Virus record (IMG/VR): IMGVR_UViG_3300020034_000022
Span: 1 to 52,338 of that record
DNA length: 52,338 nucleotides
Direction: 5' to 3' (one strand)
DNA from: a virus
Taxonomy: Duplodnaviria; Caudoviricetes
The position numbers and the translations under genes are program-made. This document shows, piece by piece, positions 47,201 through 52,338 of this stretch (position 1 is the first letter of the stretch; every line of letters starts with the position of its first letter). The notes below the pieces were generated by a model. It searched no databases. It was not told the DNA's origin and saw only the letters and a program-made list of their open reading frames with translations.

Positions 47201-48138
47201 TTCTTAATCGGGAAAACTACCTGTGGCTTTCTCAAATATCCGTCCGTCGTGCGCGAGTCCGAATGACCTAACCTGCCTTGCGCTGTCGGTGCGTCGTCGC
47301 TGGCCGACTTTGCGCGAATGTCATGGAATCGCACATCCTGAATACCGGCTTTCTTCGCGCCCTCGGCGAAGGCTCTGGATACCGTTATTTCGTTCATTGG
47401 CGTGCCGTTGCGGTTGCAGATGACCGTCAGCCCTCGGACGCCACCCGGCAACGTCCTGGCGCGTTCTATGACCACTTTAACCTCGTCTGAAAGCTGGTAA
47501 GTTATTGGCTTTCGGGACTTTGGCGGTTGGAAGCTCAGAATGCCGTCCTTAATGTGGCTGAATTTCATCGTCACCACGCCGGACACGCGCAGCCCCAGCA
47601 GGTACGCGAGGTCTGCGGCCACCTGATAGACCGGCTTTAACTTTTCGCGGATTGCCAAAAACTCACTGTCATTCAGGTATCTGTCACGCTTCGACTTGTT
47701 ATCGAGAGCCATTCCCTGGAACGGGCTTTTCAGAATGAAATCGCGGTCGGACGCCCACTTGTAAACCTGCTTTAGAAATAGCACGCCGTTGCGAGCGCTT
47801 TGCTTGTGCGGGTGTTCGTCAATGAATCTGAGCGCCAGTCCTTGCGTCATTTCCTGAATCGGGCAGTCAACGAAAACACGGTTAATCGTATCCTCGGACT
47901 GCCGGTAGGATTTCATGGTGTTTGGCCGCAGGGTTATTGGCCGGCTGGAAACGTACTTCGCCATCAGCCAGCCAACGGTGTTGCTCGTGGACGCGACGGC
48001 CTCAATCTCCATGTAGCGCCGATAGACGAGGTTCCAGTCTTTGCCCAATGGCTCCCACTTACGGGGCTTGCCACCATAGTCGTAGTAGTAGCGCGGCCCC
48101 TGCTTGCGCAGGCGTGGGAAATCCTTTTTCACCGACAT
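47152..48138 (-). CDS. int: tyrosine integrase
   Basis: GLRVS, K, FHDIRAK, LGH...T..Y catalytic set; N-terminal arm-binding domain. Confidence 0.92.
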   Translation of the reverse strand: MSVKKDFPRLRKQGPRYYYDYGGKPRKWEPLGKDWNLVYRRYMEIEAVASTSNTVGWLMAKYVSSRPITLRPNTMKSYRQSEDTINRVFVDCPIQEMTQGLALRFIDEHPHKQSARNGVLFLKQVYKWASDRDFILKSPFQGMALDNKSKRDRYLNDSEFLAIREKLKPVYQVAADLAYLLGLRVSGVVTMKFSHIKDGILSFQPPKSRKPITYQLSDEVKVVIERARTLPGGVRGLTVICNRNGTPMNEITVSRAFAEGAKKAGIQDVRFHDIRAKSASDDAPTAQGRLGHSDSRTTDGYLRKPQVVFPIKNIQTERTKQTNVKKSL

Positions 48139-48368
48139 AGTTTACTCAAAACCGTAAAGTCAGGTTTCCACGTTGGTTTTCTGGATTGCTGGCCGCCGTA
48201 AATGCCTTGGCAAACAGATAGATAGTGATCTCTCGGCAGCGATACCTTTCCGCGCACGATAGTCGCCATTGCAAAGCCGCGCTTGCGCAGTTCGGCTACC
48301 TGGCGCTGCGGCTTGCGGTAGCGCGTGAGGTTATTAATCTCGGCGTCGCTTAGAGTCAGGTCAGTCAT
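48129..48368 (-). CDS. DUF4224-like excisionase candidate
   Basis: LS..EI..LT.YRK..RQ...LR..G and PDF; overlaps the int start. Confidence 0.7.
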   Translation of the reverse strand: MTDLTLSDAEINNLTRYRKPQRQVAELRKRGFAMATIVRGKVSLPRDHYLSVCQGIYGGQQSRKPTWKPDFTVLSKLCR

Positions 48369-48396
48369 AGGTAGTCGCGGCTAATAACGGGGGCGG

Positions 48397-48633
48397 TCAT
48401 GGTTTGGCGTGTGACATTAGAATTGGTGCGGGCGGGCCAAAGTAGAAAACAGACTTGCTGCCGCATTCACAGCAAATAAATGTGTAGTGATCGCCGCCTA
48501 TCGAAATGCACTCTGACGTATCGTTCAACGGATTTCGGCAAGTCTTGCAATAGCATACGCACCCGCAGTCTTTAAGAATGCGACGCTCACGCCTAGCCGC
48601 TTGTAACTTAGCCCAATATTTTTTGATTGCCAT
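48397..48633 (-). CDS. Cys-rich Zn-ribbon protein
   Basis: CYCKTC...CCECG. Confidence 0.55.
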   Translation of the reverse strand: MAIKKYWAKLQAARRERRILKDCGCVCYCKTCRNPLNDTSECISIGGDHYTFICCECGSKSVFYFGPPAPILMSHAKP

Positions 48634-48863
48634 CACGTCTCCTGCGGCACTACGGGCGGCGGTGGTAGCGGCATCCAATATTTAAGTCCGTGAAGGTCGA
48701 GCTTCGGGTTTAACGGAGAAAACCACCACTCAGATTTTTTGGATTCATTTTCAGAATGCGGAAGCCAAGTAACTACTAGCGGGAGCATCCCAAACTTAAA
48801 GGCAATTATTAGGCTCCCATCCTTCGGCGCTGATTCAATCAGCTTCCATTCATTGCACATCAT
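48633..48863 (-). CDS. DUF551-like protein
   Basis: W..IESAPKDG...WMPLPPPP. Confidence 0.75.
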   Translation of the reverse strand: MMCNEWKLIESAPKDGSLIIAFKFGMLPLVVTWLPHSENESKKSEWWFSPLNPKLDLHGLKYWMPLPPPPVVPQET

Positions 48864-49083
48864 TTTTCTCCTGCACTACTGGCGGAATTATTGGTTGCCA
48901 GTGAGTAATCTGGCGCGATTCATCGCCTGCGTGTAGTCGCATATGCGAACGAATATCTTTGCCGGTAGGACAGGTTACGTATTTATCCTGCCAAATCACA
49001 ATTATTTGATTTCTGTTATCAGGCGGCAACCGTTTGCGCACATCCACCCACTGCTCGGCCAGCAGCTTTTCGAGGGCGGTCAC
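48850..49083 (-). CDS. DUF551-like protein
   Basis: WVDV..RLP...ITHWQPI.PP; GTGA-coupled start. Confidence 0.65.
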   Translation of the reverse strand: MTALEKLLAEQWVDVRKRLPPDNRNQIIVIWQDKYVTCPTGKDIRSHMRLHAGDESRQITHWQPIIPPVVQEKNDVQ

Positions 49084-49307
49084 TTGGCGGCCTTGGATTC
49101 TCTGTACGTCAGTATCGCCCGCACGATTCTTTCCTTGGGTGACAATTCCCACGCACGCGCAAACCGATTAGCTATACGCTGAATTTTCTCGTCATCATCG
49201 GTGGGGATTTGCTGAATCACATTGGCACCCTGCGCGACCAGCCGTTTATATTCAGTCTTGCTATGCGCTTGGATAGGCAATTCTTTCTCCGGCGTCGGGG
49301 AGGTCAC
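49080..49307 (-). CDS. hypothetical protein
   Basis: coupled ORF. Confidence 0.5.
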   Translation of the reverse strand: MTSPTPEKELPIQAHSKTEYKRLVAQGANVIQQIPTDDDEKIQRIANRFARAWELSPKERIVRAILTYRESKAAK

Positions 49308-49564
49308 TTGGTCTTGTGCGGTTCGTCAGTGAAGGGTTTGAGTGCTTCATCAAGTGCAGAATGACGTGCCTGCTGCCCCGTTTCAGGCTGCGGTTGTGCC
49401 TTCAACCACATTTCTTGCGCACACTTAATAGCCCACAAGTGCGTAACCATAAGTTCGTTAAAGCGCTCGCGGGATAAATCTCCGATAGCACCACTCACCC
49501 TGTAGTCACCATCACCGTAGCCGGCGCAAAATCCAACCTCAATTAGTGTGTTAAGTCTTGGCAT
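49304..49564 (-). CDS. hypothetical protein
   Basis: coupled ORF. Confidence 0.55.
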   Translation of the reverse strand: MPRLNTLIEVGFCAGYGDGDYRVSGAIGDLSRERFNELMVTHLWAIKCAQEMWLKAQPQPETGQQARHSALDEALKPFTDEPHKTK

Positions 49565-49786
49565 TTATTTCTCCACAAACGGGGCGACGGCGGCGCGTAG
49601 CGTTTTCATTTCACTTTCCGGCGCATATTTGATAGTGAACTCTACCTCACGTACCAGCGCGATAATGGCGGGGGCGAGATCTCGCAGACAATCTCGAAGA
49701 TCATCGTCAGCCTGATTTTTATCCAGTTCACTATCATGTCGTGCCCAAGTAGCGTCGTAGAGGGCCTCCAGCTTCAGCGCGGGCAT
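49565..49786 (-). CDS. hypothetical protein
   Basis: abuts its neighbours. Confidence 0.5.
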   Translation of the reverse strand: MPALKLEALYDATWARHDSELDKNQADDDLRDCLRDLAPAIIALVREVEFTIKYAPESEMKTLRAAVAPFVEK

Positions 49787-49797
49787 GGTCAGGCTGA

Positions 49798-50091
49798 TTA
49801 AGCGGTCGCAGGTTCAGGCTGGACATTAGGCTGTTTAGCGCCTTCGCCTAGCTGAATCTGCGTAGTCCCAAGACTTATATCTTTCTTGCCGTCCTGCGGA
49901 ACCTTGCTGATGTCGCTCACGTACTTGTGATACTCGATTTCAACCTGCACGCTTTGCAGGATGGTGTTCGCCATCATTGCGATACTGCGGGCGCGGGCTG
50001 GATTGCTCGATCCGTCACGCAGCGATTCCCATTCTTCAAACAGCGCGTCACGAAGTCCTACGGTATTACGCACCAATGTTTTGCTTGTCAT
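49798..50091 (-). CDS. hypothetical protein
   Basis: LRDALF.E...LR.G...ARA..IA motif; TAGGAG SD. Confidence 0.6.
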   Translation of the reverse strand: MTSKTLVRNTVGLRDALFEEWESLRDGSSNPARARSIAMMANTILQSVQVEIEYHKYVSDISKVPQDGKKDISLGTTQIQLGEGAKQPNVQPEPATA

Positions 50092-50803
50092 TTGCAAATC
50101 TCCTAATGTAGTCAGATAGAAAGTATTCAAACCTCAGCCCATTCTTTTTTCCGCCCCGGACTGTTGAAGGGCGGTTTCTACCCTCTACGTAATAGAAGGT
50201 ATAAATTCTTTTGCACCACTCGGCATTGCAATGATGAAGATAGTTGTCCTTGGATTCGCAGTAAGCCGGTTTTCCGCAAATGCTGCACATAACCCGCGTA
50301 GGGATTGGACAATAATTAACATGCGTCAATTCTCGTTCTGCTATTTGCCACCTTTGTGTAATTACATCACCATCAAAAATACCTAAAACCGAATGCTCAA
50401 ACCAGAGCAATGTCGAAAGGCGTTCCACAGTAATTTCTGGTCGAGATGAATGTTTATTTGCGAGCCTGACAAGACACTGCATTAAAACCTTTTTCGTGAT
50501 AAATCTGCCACGCGATATGCGGCGCAACACTTTCCAACACCAGTCTATTTTTCTGTGTCTGCTCCAGCGAGTCATGAAGTCTCGACGTTTGGGGTGTCGC
50601 GCCATCCTAAATTTGCACCATCCTTGGTGCTTAATATCTCTGCCGCACCCGCACAACACTTCATTTCCGGAAAGGACGAAATTTCGATAGTGAATTACCG
50701 TATTGGTGGCGCGACCAGTTTTTTCCTTAATGGTGCGCACGCTTGCCCCAGCCAACGTAAGCAAACGTATCTGATCGTACTCGTCACCGGAAATTAACCT
50801 CAT
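50066..50803 (-). CDS. HTH- and Cys-motif protein
   Basis: N-terminal HTH-like segment, CGCG, CSICG; AT-richer DNA. Confidence 0.55.
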   Translation of the reverse strand: MRLISGDEYDQIRLLTLAGASVRTIKEKTGRATNTVIHYRNFVLSGNEVLCGCGRDIKHQGWCKFRMARHPKRRDFMTRWSRHRKIDWCWKVLRRISRGRFITKKVLMQCLVRLANKHSSRPEITVERLSTLLWFEHSVLGIFDGDVITQRWQIAERELTHVNYCPIPTRVMCSICGKPAYCESKDNYLHHCNAEWCKRIYTFYYVEGRNRPSTVRGGKKNGLRFEYFLSDYIRRFANDKQNIGA

Positions 50804-50828
50804 CCTTCACTCCCTCGACAGCAGTTGG

Positions 50829-51518
50829 TTACAATTCCAGCGGCGGAATAATTGGCATCCAGTGGGTGGCATATCTTTCGCCGCCACCAAGAGAGCGCTC
50901 GACAGCATTTGTGTAAATGTTTTCAAATGTGGCCCAACCATCAAAAGTGTTGTCACTGCTATACATATACTTCCAACCTGCGCCCCATTTTGCATCTGCT
51001 ACCCGCTCGCCTTTTTCTAAAGATTTTTGCAAAACATATTTTTCCACTACCCACAAGTCAACAACCGTTCCATCCTTTGGGGCCGTCTCAATTGGTTGCC
51101 ACAAATCGTTAATGTGTTCGGTCATTTTAGAAAACTCCAGCTTGTGCTGATCGCAGTAATAACTGTATGCATCCTGTCGCGGTTTGTTGCACCAAGTACA
51201 CAACACCTTGTGATCGTATTCAAAATCGCAGAACCTTATTACTATTTTTCCGCCAGTGTCGTTCTTAATATGGCTCGCTACTTCGTCTGCAACCAGTTGC
51301 AAATCGCTGCATTCCGCATACAAATCGTTAGAATGCACACGTAGTACCGTTCCGTAGTATTCGCTGTCATAAGGCAATTGACCGGCCGAAGATTTTCTAC
51401 AACTGACATCAATAGAAATTCCCTGAATTTTGCAGCCCATACACAGGCACCCTTCAGTCCCAGCTAGTTCAAAAATGCTTAATTTCTTAAGAATTTTAAC
51501 GGCGGCTCTAGCGTCCAT
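50829..51518 (-). CDS. fusion protein with C-terminal DUF551-like domain
   Basis: WQPIETAPKDGT.VDLW...THWMPI. Confidence 0.65.
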   Translation of the reverse strand: MDARAAVKILKKLSIFELAGTEGCLCMGCKIQGISIDVSCRKSSAGQLPYDSEYYGTVLRVHSNDLYAECSDLQLVADEVASHIKNDTGGKIVIRFCDFEYDHKVLCTWCNKPRQDAYSYYCDQHKLEFSKMTEHINDLWQPIETAPKDGTVVDLWVVEKYVLQKSLEKGERVADAKWGAGWKYMYSSDNTFDGWATFENIYTNAVERSLGGGERYATHWMPIIPPLEL

Positions 51519-51521
51519 AGC

Positions 51522-51641
51522 TCAATCCTTAAAATAAATCGTCACAAGTGGATCGCCATGCCGCCACCAGCGTAGGTAATGTTTGTTGCACATACCTCGC
51601 GTCTTGGCGTGCGTTTTACAGTCCTTGATGTGACACGTCAT
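51522..51641 (-). CDS. 39-aa stand-alone Zn-finger (absent from the ORF track)
   Basis: C....C......RGMCNKHYLRWWRHGDP. Confidence 0.55.
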   Translation of the reverse strand: MTCHIKDCKTHAKTRGMCNKHYLRWWRHGDPLVTIYFKD

Positions 51642-51664
51642 GTTATTTCTATTGCCGTAGTTTC

Positions 51665-52338
51665 TCATTGGCGTGATTCCACAAACTGATATATAGCCGC
51701 AACGATAGGCGCGAATTCACCTACGCCGCCGTATCGTTTGCAAAACATAGCGAGCATTTCATACGCGCCGGCTATCTCGTTTTGCCTGCGCTGAATCTCT
51801 CTCTGTTTGGCTTCTTCTGCGTCTCTCTCAGCCTTGGCGATGGCTTCGGCGGCTTCCCGTTCCTTGCGTTTAACTTCTTCGGCGGCGCGTCTATCGGCTT
51901 CCAACAGGTCACGCTCCGCCTTTAGTTTCGCTTCCTCCGCTTCTCTCGCTTTACGTGCCTCGCGTTCCTGTTCCTCAATACGCATCCTGGAGGCTCGTTC
52001 GTCGGCTTCAATCTTGTCCTGCGCGGCTTTCTGCATTGCCTCCAGGTCAGCACGTTGGCGCTCAATCTCCGCACGGTCAGAAGCGAGACGAGCTTCCTCC
52101 GCGTCTCTGCGGGCCTTTTCCTCGGCGTCTATCTTGGCCTGTTCCGCTCTTGCAAGAGCTACCCGTTCGTGCATCTGGCGGTCTTCCTCGTCCTTAATCG
52201 GCTTGTGAAAAGCATCCTCGTACTCGGCTATCTCGGTTTCGAGTTCCTTGTAGCGGCCGTCGATCAACTTGCTTATGGTAAGTATCGGAGCCTTGCGTTC
52301 CTTGCGGGCTTCCTCTGCCTCACGTCTAATCGACCGGA
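51665..52338 (-). CDS. long coiled-coil protein, 5' end outside the window
   Basis: frame stays open to the window edge; E/R/A-rich. Confidence 0.7.
   Translation of the reverse strand, partial: RSIRREAEEARKERKAPILTISKLIDGRYKELETEIAEYEDAFHKPIKDEEDRQMHERVALARAEQAKIDAEEKARRDAEEARLASDRAEIERQRADLEAMQKAAQDKIEADERASRMRIEEQEREARKAREAEEAKLKAERDLLEADRRAAEEVKRKEREAAEAIAKAERDAEEAKQREIQRRQNEIAGAYEMLAMFCKRYGGVGEFAPIVAAIYQFVESRQ

Overview
This window is most of the genome of a temperate, short-tailed (podovirus-type) dsDNA phage; both ends are cut mid-region. The host is probably a proteobacterium (inference). The + strand (1-42.6 kb) carries nin-like genes, a Q-like antiterminator, a likely late promoter, lysis genes, terminase, portal, scaffold and an N4-gp56-type major capsid. 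An unusual ~11 kb block of putative virion-surface proteins follows, then adaptor/nozzle, a tail fibre with a C-terminal Hint domain, ejection proteins and a 2298-aa polyvalent protein. The - strand (42.6-52.3 kb) is a mosaic early arm with a DNA methyltransferase, a tyrosine integrase/excisionase pair and an apparently intact attP. Most notable: (1) the portal is one 774-codon frame broken by a single TAA, which sits in a hairpin with its two A's opposite two C's; (2) two large, densely base-paired non-coding regions (291-594 and 3706-4170) plus a small loop-E-like motif; (3) beta-propeller appendage proteins sharing an N-terminal module; (4) a Ser-type Hint domain lacking His-Asn; (5) two apparently leaderless counter-oriented small genes. 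No tRNA, CRISPR array or reverse transcriptase was seen. All family calls come from motif recognition by eye, not database searches.
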